From Macrostomum lignano (lineage: Eukaryota), in assembly GCA_002269645.1 (NCBI GenBank), contig NIVC01002076.1:1-64000 (forward strand): a DNA stretch of 64,000 nt. The letters are read 5' to 3'. Both the position numbers and the translations under genes were made by a program. A model generated the notes under the pieces. The model had not been told where the DNA came from. It did no database searches and saw only the letters and a list, made by a program, of their open reading frames with translations. Shown here one piece after another: positions 37,955 to 49,240 of the stretch. How positions within the stretch are numbered: position 1 is the stretch's first letter; each line of letters opens with the position of its first letter.

Positions 37955-38365
37955 ACCAGTTAGCCTCCTCAACCCCTGCTCAAGAGCCAGTCTCTACCCT
38001 GTCCACCAGTTAGCCTCCTCCCCTGTTCACTGGTTAGCCTCTCCCCTGTTCACTGGTTAGCCTCTCCCCTGTTCACTGGTTAGCCTCTCCCCTGTTCACC
38101 GGTTAGCCTCTCCCCTGTTCACCGGTTAGTCTCTCCCCTGTTCACTGGTTAGCCTCTCCCCTGTTCACTGGTTAGCCTCTCCCCTGTTCACCGGTTAGCC
38201 TCTCCCCTGTTAACCGGTTAGCCTCTCCCCTGTCCACCGGTTAGCCTCTCCCTTGTCCACCGGTTATCCTCTCCCCTGTGCACCGGTTAGCTTCAATTCC
38301 CCTGTGAACCGGTTAGTCTCAATTCCCCTGTTCACTGGTTAGCCTCAATTCCCCTGTTCACCTGT
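37955..38365 (+). repeat. 23-bp repeat (CCGGTTAGCCTCTCCCCTGTTCA) upstream of CDK1
   Basis: ~16 units. Confidence 0.9.
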
Positions 38366-38982
38366 AAATTATTAAGTCTGAAGACGCCGCTTCGCCAGAA
38401 AGGTCAAACGATAAGCGTGTTACAATTTTCAATAATTATAAATAATCATATCCTTTACTTCGGCGCAATTCGGACATTTTTTGATCATATGCGTGCGCAT
38501 CGATCTTATTAGCGTTATTATTTATTGTACTTACTTACAAAAAGACAATTTCTTATTTGCTAATATTAATTATATTTAAGTCGGTGTAACAAGCGCTCAG
38601 TAATAATATTCTAATTCCCTGAGGCAATATTTACCTGTCTTCATATTACGCACGCGCATACATATTTTAGTCATTTATAATAATTATAAAATAATTGTAA
38701 TGAATTTCCTGGCAATTTTTTTTTATTACTTGCCGTTGTCGTAATTTTTCCCTTTCTTTCCTTACTGTTTTGATTGGGACGGATCGTTGTAGCTTTAGTC
38801 ATTAGCAATGCGTCTAATGTTCCAGCTTCTTCACGATAATTATTGTTCTACAACTCGCATTACTTTCAGCAAGCTGACCAAAAATTCCAACGAGCTACTT
38901 TAAGTAACAAGTGCAGCAAACTCGAATAGCAGCATATTTTCTAACTAAATAAATCTATAATCAACCATAAAAGCAAGAAGCA

Positions 38983-41900
38983 ATGTCTGCGGCGCAATCT
39001 TCTTCATCCAAGCTGGAGAAATGGGCTATCGAGGACTTCAGCAAGATTGAAAAGATTGGCGAAGGTAACGGGCGCTAGGTATAGAGCGGATTTGGGGCTG
39101 GGGAGAGAGCAGATAGGGACGATATGGAGAGAGCGGATAGAGGTGATAGATAGGAAGAAAGCGGATAGAGGCGATAGGGAGAGAGCGGATAGAGGTGATA
39201 GATAGGAAGAAAGCGGATAGAGGCGATAGGGAGAGAGCGGATAGAGGCAATAGATAGGAATAGAGCGGATAAAGCGATAGATAGGGAGAGAGCGGATAGA
39301 GGCGATAGGGAGAGAGCGGATAGAAGCGATGGATAGGGAGAGAGCGGATAGAGGCGATAGATAGGAATAGAGCGGATAGAGGCGATAGGGAGAGAGCGGA
39401 TAGAAGCGATGGATAGGGAGAGAGCGGATAGGCGATAGGGAGAGAGTGGATAGAGGCGGTATGGAGAGAGCGGATGAGGCAATAGATATGGAGAGAGCGG
39501 ATAGAGCGATAGATAGGAAGAGAGCGGATAGAGGCGATAGATCGGGAGAGAGCGGATAGAGGCGATAGATCGGGAGAGAGCGGATAGGGGCGATAGATCG
39601 GGAGAGAGCGGATAGAGGCGGTAGGGAGAGAGTGGATAGAGGCGCCAGGAGAGAGCGGATAGGCGCGCCAGGGAGAGAGCGGATAGGGGTGCCAGGGAGA
39701 GAGCGGATAGGGGTGCCAGGGAGAGAGCGGATAGGCGCGCCAGGGAGAGAGCGGATAGGGGTGCCAGGGAGAGAGCGGATAGGCGCGCCAGGGAGAGAGC
39801 GGATAGGGGTGCCAGGGAGAGAGCGGATAGGCGCGCCAGGGAGAGAGCGGATAGGGGTGCCAGGGAGAGAGCGGATAGGCGCGCCAGGGAGAGAGCGGAT
39901 AGGGGTGCCAGGGAGAGAGCGGATAGGCGCGCCAGGGAGAGAGCGGATAGGGGTGCCAGGGAGAGAGCGGATAGGCGCGCCAGGGAGAGAGCATATCATT
40001 CCAAAGAGAGGGCGACTGCTGGACTCCGATACACTGCTACTATTTGAGAACTAACCCCTGGATTTGCCCGAACCGCAGGCACCTACGGTGTAGTGTACAA
40101 GGCGCGCAACAACCGCAGCCAGAAGATCATGGCTTTGAAAAAGATCCGTCTGGAATGCCAAGAAGAAGGCATGCCGTCAACAGCTGTACGCGAGGTGTCC
40201 CTGCTCAAGGAGCTGCAGCATCCCAACATTGTCTGTCTTGAGAGCGTGCTGATGCAGGAGGGCAAGCTGTATCTGGTGTTCGAGTACCTCACCATGGACC
40301 TGAAGAAGTACTTGGACAACCAGCGCGGCAGGTCTCTTATTCCTGAGAAGACTCGCAGCTTCATGTATCAGTTGTTGCAGGTGCGTCCTCTTCTTTTGCC
40401 TTTCCCTGTCTCTGTGCCTTCCCTTCATGTCTACATTTCCCTCCCTTCATGTCTACATTTCCTTCCCTTCATCTCTACCCTTCCCTCCCTTCATCTCTAC
40501 CTTTTTCTCCCTTCATCTCTATCTTTTCCTCCCTTCATCTCTACCTTTCCTTCATTTATCTCTACCTTTTCCTCCCTTTATCTCTACCTTTTTCTCCCTT
40601 AATTTCCACCTTTCCTCCCTTCATTTCTACTTTTCCCTCCCTTCATCTCTACTTTTCCTTCCCTTCATCTTAACCTTTTCTCCCTTTATCTCTCGAAATT
40701 TTCCTCTTTTTTCTCTACATTTCCCACTCAATCTCTACCTTTTCCTCCCTTCATCTCTACCTTTCCCTCCCTTCATCTCTACCTTTCCCTTCTTTCATCT
40801 CTACCTTCTCCTCTCTTTATTTCTATCTTTTTCCTTGTATCTCTGTCCTTCCCTTCATCTCCTTCCCTTCATCTCTGTCTATCCCTCTCTTCCTTTCTCT
40901 GCCTTTCCCAACCTTATATCTCCCGGGAAAGCGTACAAACTTCTCACTCTGCGCGTGTTCCCAACTCCCTTGGCAACCCAGGGCCTGCTGTTCTGCCACA
41001 CCCGGCGTGTTGTCCATCGCGACCTGAAGCCGCAGAACATTCTGCTAGACGAGCGGGGCGTCATTAAACTGGCGGATTTCGGACTGGCTCGCGCCTTTGG
41101 CGTGCCTGTTCGCGTTCTGACACACGAGGTTTGTGCTTGCGGGATCTTTTTAGCGCATTGGTCCAGGTTCTCTTGGTATCTTTGAGTCTTCTTTCTCGGA
41201 CCTATTTATTGACCCACGCCCTGAATCACTGACCCATTTATTGACCCACGCCCTGAATCACTGACCCATTTACTGACCCACGCCCTGAATCACTGACCCA
41301 TTTACTGACCCACGCCCTGAATCACTGACCCATTTATTGACCCACGCCCTGAATCACTGACCCATTTATTGACCCACGCCCTGAATCACTGACCCATTTA
41401 TTGACCCACGCCCTGAATCACTGACCCATTTACTGACCCACGCCCTGATTCACTAACCCATTTTTTGACCCACGCCCTGAATCACTGACCAATTTATTGA
41501 TCCACGGCCTGAATCACTGACCCATTTACTGACCCACGCCCTGAATCACTGACCCATTTATTGACCCACGCCCTGAATCACTGACCAATTTATTGATCCA
41601 CGGCCTGAATCACTGACCCATTTATTGATCCACGGCCTGAATCACTGACCCATTTATTGACCCACGCCCTGAATCACTGACCCATTTATTGACCCACGCC
41701 CTGAATCACTGACCAATTTATTGATCCACGGCCTGAATCACTGACCCATTTATTGATCCACGGCCTGAATCACTGACCCATTTACTGACCCACGCCCTGA
41801 ATCACTGACCCATTTATTGACCCACGCCCTGAATCACTTACCCATTTATTGATCCACGGCCTGAATCACTGACCCATTTATTGACCCACGCACTAATTGC

Positions 41901-42861
41901 ACTCATATTCGAACTCCAGGTAGTCACTCTGTGGTACCGGGCTCCCGAGATTCTTCTGGGCAGCCCCCGCTACTCCTGCCCGGTGGACATGTGGAGCATG
42001 GGCTGCATATTCGCCGAGATCGCCATGCTCAAGCCGCTATTCCACGGCGACTCGGAGATCGATCAGCTGTTCCGCATCTTCCGCATCCTCGGCACGCCAA
42101 CTGAGGACACGTGGCCTGGCGTGACCTCCATGCCGGAGTACAAGCAGATGTTCCCAACCTGGCAGGGCCTCCGGTTGTCTAGCGCTGTTGAGAACCGGCT
42201 CAATGATGAAGGCATGGATCTGCTGCAGGTGCGTTTGGGGCGCGACTCCCGTGTCAGACTGTAGCACTCCCGTGTCAGACTGTAGCACTCCAGTGTCAGA
42301 CTGTAGCACTCCCGTGTCAGACTGTAGCACTCCAGTGTCAGACTGTAGCACTCCAGTGTCAGACAGTAGCACTCCAGTGTCAGACAGTAGCACTCCAGTG
42401 GCAGACTGTAGCACTCCCCGTGTCAGACTGTAGCACTCCAGTGGCAGACTGTAGCACTCCCTGTGTCAGACTGTAGCACTCCAGTGTCAGACTGTAGCAC
42501 TCCAGTGGCAGACTGTAGCACTCCCCGTGTCAGACTGTAGCACTCCAGTGTCAGACTGTAGCACTCCAGTGTCAGACTGCATCACTCCAGTGTCAGACTG
42601 TAGCACTCCAGTGTCAGACTGTATTACTCCAGTGGCAGACTGTAGCACTCCAGTGGCAGACTGAACCGTCTATAACGAACATCTCCAACCCCGCAGAAGC
42701 TGCTGATCTACGAGCCATCAGACCGGTGCAACGCCCGCGAGGCGCTGGAGCACGCCTACTTCTCCGGCATGGACAAGTCCGCTATGCCGGCCCGCACGCC
42801 CGAGAAAGTTTGGCGGCCTCAGCGCGCCCCTCTCAACGTAGTGGAGAACATGGCGGTCTAG
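38983..42861 (+). CDS. CDK1: Cyclin-dependent kinase 1 (cdc2), 5 exons, ~334 aa
   Basis: Exons 38983-39064, 40079-40380, 40982-41128, 41920-42228, 42697-42861; phase-consistent. Motifs: [15 protein letters not shown] (T14/Y15 equivalents), [55 protein letters not shown]. Confidence 0.93.
39078..39992 (+). repeat. Purine-rich ~24-27-bp repeat (GGGAGAGAGCGGATAGAGGCGATA) in CDK1 intron 1
   Basis: Unit shifts to a GCCAGGGAGAGAGCGGATAGG type after ~39640. Confidence 0.9.
40395..40910 (+). repeat. Pyrimidine-rich ~21-bp repeat (CCCTCCCTTCATCTCTACCTT) in CDK1 intron 2
   Basis: Degenerate array filling the intron. Confidence 0.85.
41205..41890 (+). repeat. 32-bp minisatellite (GACCCACGCCCTGAATCACTGACCCATTTATT) in CDK1 intron 3
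   Basis: ~21 units. Confidence 0.92.
42245..42660 (+). repeat. 21-bp minisatellite (GTGTCAGACTGTAGCACTCCA) in CDK1 intron 4
   Basis: ~19 units. Confidence 0.92.
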
Positions 42862-43434
42862 ATGGGGGCCGTTTCAATTTAATAGTGTCAACAGTGCTTA
42901 GGCGCAATGGATATTGCCAGTTAATTCTTTGCATACGTATTAATCCAATTAAATTAATACCTTCCTACCTGCTAATCCAAAATATGCCTAAATAATAAGT
43001 TTATTTTCTCTTCAACAACTTTTTACAAACTTCTCTCTCTCTCTGTGTGTCTGGATAGTGCATTTTTGGCACCGGTAATAAAGTTTAGCAGTTGCCCTAC
43101 TATCAGTAGCTAATGAAGTCTATTGCATTTTGTTTGCTATTTACCAATATATTTTTGTGCGCGTATTATTAGTTGGTTAAGTATTTTTTATTTCCTTTTT
43201 TAACATGCAGCGGCTGCAATTGGGTCAAGTTTATTTTAACGTCACCAACCCGTCTTACTGTTCCGTTAATTAGTTTAATATTTGCTGCTCAAATCTTTTC
43301 GGTCATTATTGATTTCTCGCTTTGCGCTAATTTTCCTCGTTTTACTTCAGGATTGAATTCGAAAAGTAGCTCTGTTAATTAAATTTTGACTGGGTTGGAA
43401 TTTCATTTCTTCTGAAAATTGAGGAGCTGCATCT

Positions 43435-44240
43435 AGTCTAGACAGCAATAGTTAGATCTGAGCATTTTGTGTTAAATCTAGACAGAAACTGGTTAGATCT
43501 AGGCATGTTCAGAGTAGATCTAGACATGAAATGGTCAGATCTAGGCATGTTCAGGTCAGATCTAGACATGAAATGGTCAGATCTAGACATGAAATGGTCA
43601 GATCTAGACATGTTCAGGTCAGATCTAGACATGAAATGGTCAGATCTAGGCATGTTCAGGTCAGATCTAGACATGAAATGGTCAGATCTAGACATGAAAT
43701 GGTCAGATCTAGACATGTTCAGGTTAGATCTAGACATGAAATGGTCAGATCTAGGCATGTTTATAGTAGATCTTAACATAAAATGATCAGATCTAGGCAT
43801 GTGTGGGTTAGATCTAGACATGAAATGGTCAGATCTAGGCAAGTTCGGGTTCGATCTAGACATAAAAATGGTCAGATCTAGGCATGTTTATAGTAGATCT
43901 TAACATAAAATGATCAGATCTAGGCATGTTCGGGTTCGATCTAGACATGAAATGGTCAGATCTAGGCATGTTCGGGTTAGATCTAGACATGAAATGGTCA
44001 GATCTAGGCATGTTCGGGTTAGATCTAGACATGAAATGGTCAGATCTAGGCATGTTCGGGTTAGATCTAGACATGAAATGGTCAGATCTAGGCATGTTTA
44101 TAGTAGATCTTAACATAAAATGATCAGATCTAGGCATGTTCGGGTTAGATCTAGACATGAAATGGTCAGATCTAGGCAAGTTCGGGTTCGATCTAGGCAT
44201 GAAATGGTCAAATCTAGGCATGTTCGGGTTAGATATGGAC
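43435..44240 (+). repeat. 21/42-bp repeat (AGATCTAGACATGAAATGGTC / AGATCTAGGCATGTTCAGGTC) between CDK1 and MPPE1
   Basis: Alternating dimeric units, with a longer block repeated three times. Confidence 0.9.
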
Positions 44241-44422
44241 AGAAAAGGGGTCAAAATTTCAGTAATAAATTAACAGTCGAGGACCACAACGAGAAGCAAG
44301 TTAAATATTTTTAAAGTACATTCTCCAGTTACAGCAGCGCCTCAGCTCCCTGCACTGCATCCGCAATCGGCCGGTTTTGCTGTTGCTGACTGAGGCGTTG
44401 GGTCCAGCCATCCGACCCCAGC

Positions 44423-47145
44423 ATCCCCGTCACTGACAGAGACCGAGGGTCAGACCGAGCCGCACACACCGCCCCTAAATCAGGGACGGTGCCCGATTCC
44501 TGCGCTGCTGTGGCCGCCGACGCCGTCTCGTCAACGTCGACCACGTCGTCGACGTCGACAATTGCGTCGCCGTCGCGGCCGCCGCGCCGTTGTCGGCGGC
44601 GCTTCCTGACGCTGCTGGCGCTGCTAGGCGGCTTGGTTGCGTTCTGCGAATACCTGATCTACTATGCCGTCCTGCTCGCCTGCACCTGGCCGGCGCTGCC
44701 GGGCGAGTCGCCGCTGGCGCCAACCAGCCGGTCGGATGGCGTCCGGGTGATGCTGCTGGCCGACACTCACCTGCTGGGCTGGCGGCAGGGCCACTGGTTC
44801 GATAAGCTGCGCAGGGAGTGGCAGATGGAGCGCGCATTCCAGACGAGCCTGTTTCTGCACCGGCCCCAGGTGAGGGCTGGCGGGTTGCTGCTTCTAGAGG
44901 GTGCTGCTTTGGGATTTGGGATATTGGAGTTTTTGGGGATTTGGGATATTGGAGTTTTTGGGGGATTTGGGATATTGGAGTTTTTGGGGGATTTGGGATA
45001 TTGGAGTTTTTGGGGATTTGGGATATTGGAGTTTTTGGGGGATTTGGGATATTGGAGTTTTTTGGGGACTTGGGATATTGGAGTTTTTTGGGGATTTGGG
45101 ATATTGGAGTTTTTTTGGGGATTTGGGATATTGGAGTTTTTTTGGCGGATTTGGGATATTGGAGCTTTTTGGGGATTTCGGATATTGGAGTTTTTTTGGC
45201 GGATTTGGGATATTGGAGTTTTTTGGGGATTTGGTATATTGGAGCTTTTTGGGGATTTCGGATATTGGAGTTTTTTTGGCGGATTTGGGATATTGGAGTT
45301 TTTTGGGGATTTGGTATATTGGAGCTTTTTGGGGATTTGGGATATTGGAGTTTTTTGGGGACTTGGGATATTGGAGCTTTTTGGAAATTTGGGCTATCTG
45401 TGTGCTTTTTGGGATTTAAGTACTGGTGCTTTTTATGGATTTGGGATATTGGTGCTTCTGGGGGATTTTGGATTTTTCAGCTTCGTTCGAATTTGGGATA
45501 TTGGAGCTTTGTTGGGATATTCGGCACTTTATAGTACTTAAAATTTTCATGTACCAACATCGATTTATGTAATAATTCAAGCAATGGCCCCTCCTGGCAG
45601 GTTGTTATTATCCTCGGCGACCTGTTCGACGAAGGCAAATGGGCCGACGACTTCGAGTTCCGGCACCACTTGGCCCGCTTCCGCCGGATATTCCGCGTCC
45701 CGGACGGCACCCGCCTGCTAGTGGTGGCCGGCAACCACGACATCGGCTTTCACTACGATGTCACGCAGCACAAGGTGGACCGCTTCGAGGCCGCCTTCCA
45801 CCTGCCCGCTGTGCAGCTGGTGTCGGTAGGCTGACTTGGATACTCAGCCGGAACCTCGCCTTTTGATTATCACTTACCTCGCCCCAGCCCAATCCCGAAT
45901 TGCAAGAATCGCCCTAATCTCGAATTCCAAGCATCGCCCCAATTCTGTGAATTGCAAGAATCGCCCAAATCCCGAAATTCCAACAATCGCCCTACTCTCG
46001 AATTCCAATAATCGCCCTAATTATAAATTCCAAGAATCGCCCCAATTCTGTGAATTGCAAGAATCGCCCTAATTATAAATTCCAAGAATCGCCCCAATTC
46101 TGTGAATTGCAAGAATCGCCCTAATTATAAATTCCAAGAATCGCCCTAATTATAAATTCCAAGAATCGCCCCGATTCTGTGCATTCCAAGAATCGCCCCG
46201 ATTCTGTGCATTCCAAGAATCGCCCCAATTCTGTGAATTGCAAGAATCGCCCCAATTATGAATTCCAAGAATCGCCCCAATTCTGTGAATTGCAAGAATC
46301 GCCCTAATTATGAATTCCAAGAATCGCCCCAATTCTGTGAATTCCAACAATCGCGCCGACCCCGCTACCCGCAGATTGGCGGCGTGAATTTCGTGCTGGC
46401 CAATAGCGTCGCATTCGAAGGCGACGGCTGCTTCCTCTGCCGACGCGCCCGAGTCGAGCTGGCCGCCGTGGCCAACCGGCTGCGCTGCGCATTCGGCATC
46501 CGCCTCGGCGACGCCTGCAGCGAGGAAGCCCTCGGAGGCGGCGGTCAGCTGCCCCCGGCCACCGCCCCGATCCTGCTGACGCACTACCCGCTGGCCAGGC
46601 TCGATGAGAGCGCCTGCGACACCGTCGCTTCGCCTGCCGAAGGAGCCGCCGCCGCCCCAGGCGACAGTCGCGACAACGTCGAGATCATCGACGGCGAAGA
46701 CTCGGCACCGGCTGCTGCTCGCCAGACGCGGCTCCGGCCTCGCTGGGACTGCCTGTCCGCAGAGGCGTCGGACACACTGGCCGAGGCTGTCCGACCGCGA
46801 CTGGCCTTTGTCGGACACACGCACTGGTCCTGCCGGCGCCGCCTCAGCCTGGCCGGCGGCTCGCGCAATCTCACCGAGTACACTTTGCCCAGCTTCTCCT
46901 GGCGCAACATCAACTCGCCCAGCTTCCTACTGCTCACCGTGTCCGGTGGCGCCCACTCCGTTGCCAAGTGCCGGATGCCGCGCGAGTCCACGGTGATCGG
47001 CCTGTACACCTACGGCGTGCCCGCCGTGCTGCTGTGGTTCCTGTGGCCCTGCCTGCTCAGTCTGGCCGCTTCTGTGTGCTGGCACTGCGCCAGTTTCTTC
47101 ACAGCGCAGGCGCCCTGGCGTCAGGCGGACGATAAGCACCTGTGA
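44423..47145 (+). CDS. MPPE1: Metallophosphoesterase 1 / PGAP5 (GPI-anchor remodelling), 3 coding exons; start codon uncertain
   Basis: Exons ~44423-44869, 45601-45825, 46375-47145. N-terminal TM AFCEYLIYY; motifs LADTHLLG, DKLRREWQMERAF, LGDLFDEG, GNHDIGFHY, NSVAFEGDGC, THYPL, GHTH, PSFSWRN; C-terminal TM segment. No in-frame ATG found before the first TM. Confidence 0.9.
44900..45530 (+). repeat. ~26-bp repeat (GGGATTTGGGATATTGGAGTTTTTT) in MPPE1 intron 1
   Basis: Array decaying toward the 3' end. Confidence 0.9.
45890..46350 (+). repeat. 27/54-bp repeat (GAATTCCAAGAATCGCCCCAATTCTGT) in MPPE1 intron 2
   Basis: Array ending ~25 bp before the acceptor. Confidence 0.9.
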
Positions 47146-47284
47146 GACCGTCGATCAATGATCCGCCGCCGCCCTTCTCCAGCCCGCATTCCTGACAGTT
47201 CATTCTGCTGTGACTCGGATCTCGAATACTTTATAGATGTACAAATTTATCCTCTTGTGTCTAGTTTTTGCTTTAACAGATTTA

Positions 47285-47705
47285 GGAATCCCAGATACCA
47301 AAGCTGAGAATCCCAGATCCCCAAGTCTGAGAATCCCAGATCCCAAAGCTGAGAATCCCAGATCCTAGCGCTGAGAATCCCAGATCCCCAAGTCTGAGAA
47401 TCCCAGATCCCCAAGTCTGAGAATCCCAGATCCCAAAGCTGAGAATCCCAGATCCCAAAGCTGAGAATCCCAGATCCTAGCGCTGAGAATCCCAGATCCT
47501 AGCGCTGAGAATCCCAGATCCCCAAGTCTGAGAATCCCGGATCCCAAAGCTGAGAATCCCAGATCCTAACGCTGAGAATCCCAGATCCCCAAAGCTGAGA
47601 ATCCCAGATCCCAAATCTGAGAATCCCGAATCCCAAATCCGAGAACCTCATATCCCAAATCTGAGAACCCCAGATCCCAAATCTAGGAATCCCAGATCCC
47701 AGACC
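47285..47705 (+). repeat. ~22-bp repeat (CTGAGAATCCCAGATCCCAAAG) downstream of MPPE1
   Basis: Tandem array. Confidence 0.9.
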
Positions 47706-48354
47706 TAAAAATAAGTATCTTAGATCCCAGATCTAAATTCCAATCCCAAAGCCTATGCTATGCTAAACATTTTGCTAGAAAATAAACAATGATCGCAGGC
47801 ACTCAGAAAAAAATTAAAAAACACTATTTTGAGCAACATTTATCGAGTCCTCTTGTCCCTCTGACCCGCGTCTTTCTACTGGCGGAGTTCTGCTGAGAAA
47901 AGAAAAAAATTAAACAAGTTCTCCGCAGTTTGGCCGCGTCATGCTACTATGAGTAGGTTTTATTAATTGAAAGTATATAGCTTGTGTACTTCATTGATTG
48001 CACATCGATTTTGTGTATTCGTGCCTTTGCGCTAAATGGCTATTGGGGTGGATAATTTGTTATATCTATTTAGAAGCAGAATTGCATTATTGCTATTTTT
48101 GTTTCCTGCAAATCACTGCTTTTTAATAAATCCTTGTTAATCCACTCTTAGTTCGAAACAGCAGCTGTCGAAAAACTTATACTGCTATAATATTAAATAT
48201 AACTACTTAGAACTGTTGAATTTCTTGCCTGATTAACTGATTGTCTTGTGTCTTGTTTTAAGTGTAATAAATCTGAATGAGTCCTTATATCTAAGGTTTT
48301 TTCAAAGATATTAATTTTTTAGTCCACGTCGATAATCTGTCTGACTATTCTCAA

Positions 48355-49240
48355 GGATCGATTGGAAATCTCATGAGAATCCTTCAAGGCTCGATCGGAA
48401 ATCTCATGAGAATCCACAAGGCTCGATCGGAAATCTCATGAGAATCCTCAAGGCTCGATTGGAAATCTCATGAGAATCCTCAAGGCTCGATTGGAAATCT
48501 CATGAGAATCCTAAGGCTCGATCGGAAATCTTATGAATCCTCAAGGCTCGATCGGAAATCTTATGAATCCTCAAGGCTCGATTGGAAATCTCATGAGAAT
48601 CCTAAGGCTCGATCGGAAATCTTATGAATCCTCAAGGCTCGATCGGAAATCTCATGAGAATCCTAAAGGCTCGATTGGAAATCTCATGAGAATCCTAAGG
48701 CTCGATCGGAAATCTTATGAATCCTCAAGGCTCGATCGGAAATCTCATGAGAATCCTAAAGGCTCGATTGGAAATCTCATGAGAATCCTCAAGGCTCGAT
48801 CGGAAATCTCATGAGAATCCTTCAAAGCTTATTTGAAATCTCATGAGAATCTTCATAGCTCGATCGGAAATCTCATGAGAATCCTTTAAAGCTTTATTTG
48901 AAATCTCATGAGAATCTTCATAGCTCGATCGGAAATCTCATGAGAATCCTTTAAAGCTTTATTGGAAATCTCATGAGAATCTTCATAGCTCGATCGGAAA
49001 TCTCATGAGAATCCTCAAGGCTCAATCAGAAATCTCTTGAGAATCCTCGAGGCTTCGTTGGGAAGCTTATGACAATCCTTTAAAGCTCAATTGGAAATCT
49101 CAAGAATCCTTAAAGCTTGATTGGAAATTTCATGAGAATCCTTAAGACTCGATCGGAATTTTCATTAGAATCCTCAAGGCTCGGTTGGAAATCTCATTAT
49201 AATCCTCAAGGCTCGGTTAGAAATCTCATGAGAATCCTTT
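48355..49240 (+). repeat. ~32-bp repeat (GGAAATCTCATGAGAATCCTCAAGGCTCGATC)
   Basis: Intergenic tandem array of about 27 units. Confidence 0.9.

Noticed and set aside
38380-38800. E2F/CCAAT-like motifs upstream of CDK1, and a CTGAAGA...GAAA hammerhead-like string at ~38385
   Set aside because: The short motifs are expected by chance, and the hammerhead-like string has no stem II or stem III pairing.
43438-44314. Arg/Ser/His-rich (VRSRHEM)n and (MSRSDHF)n ORFs
   Set aside because: Frames of the 21/42-bp intergenic repeat; no evidence of coding.
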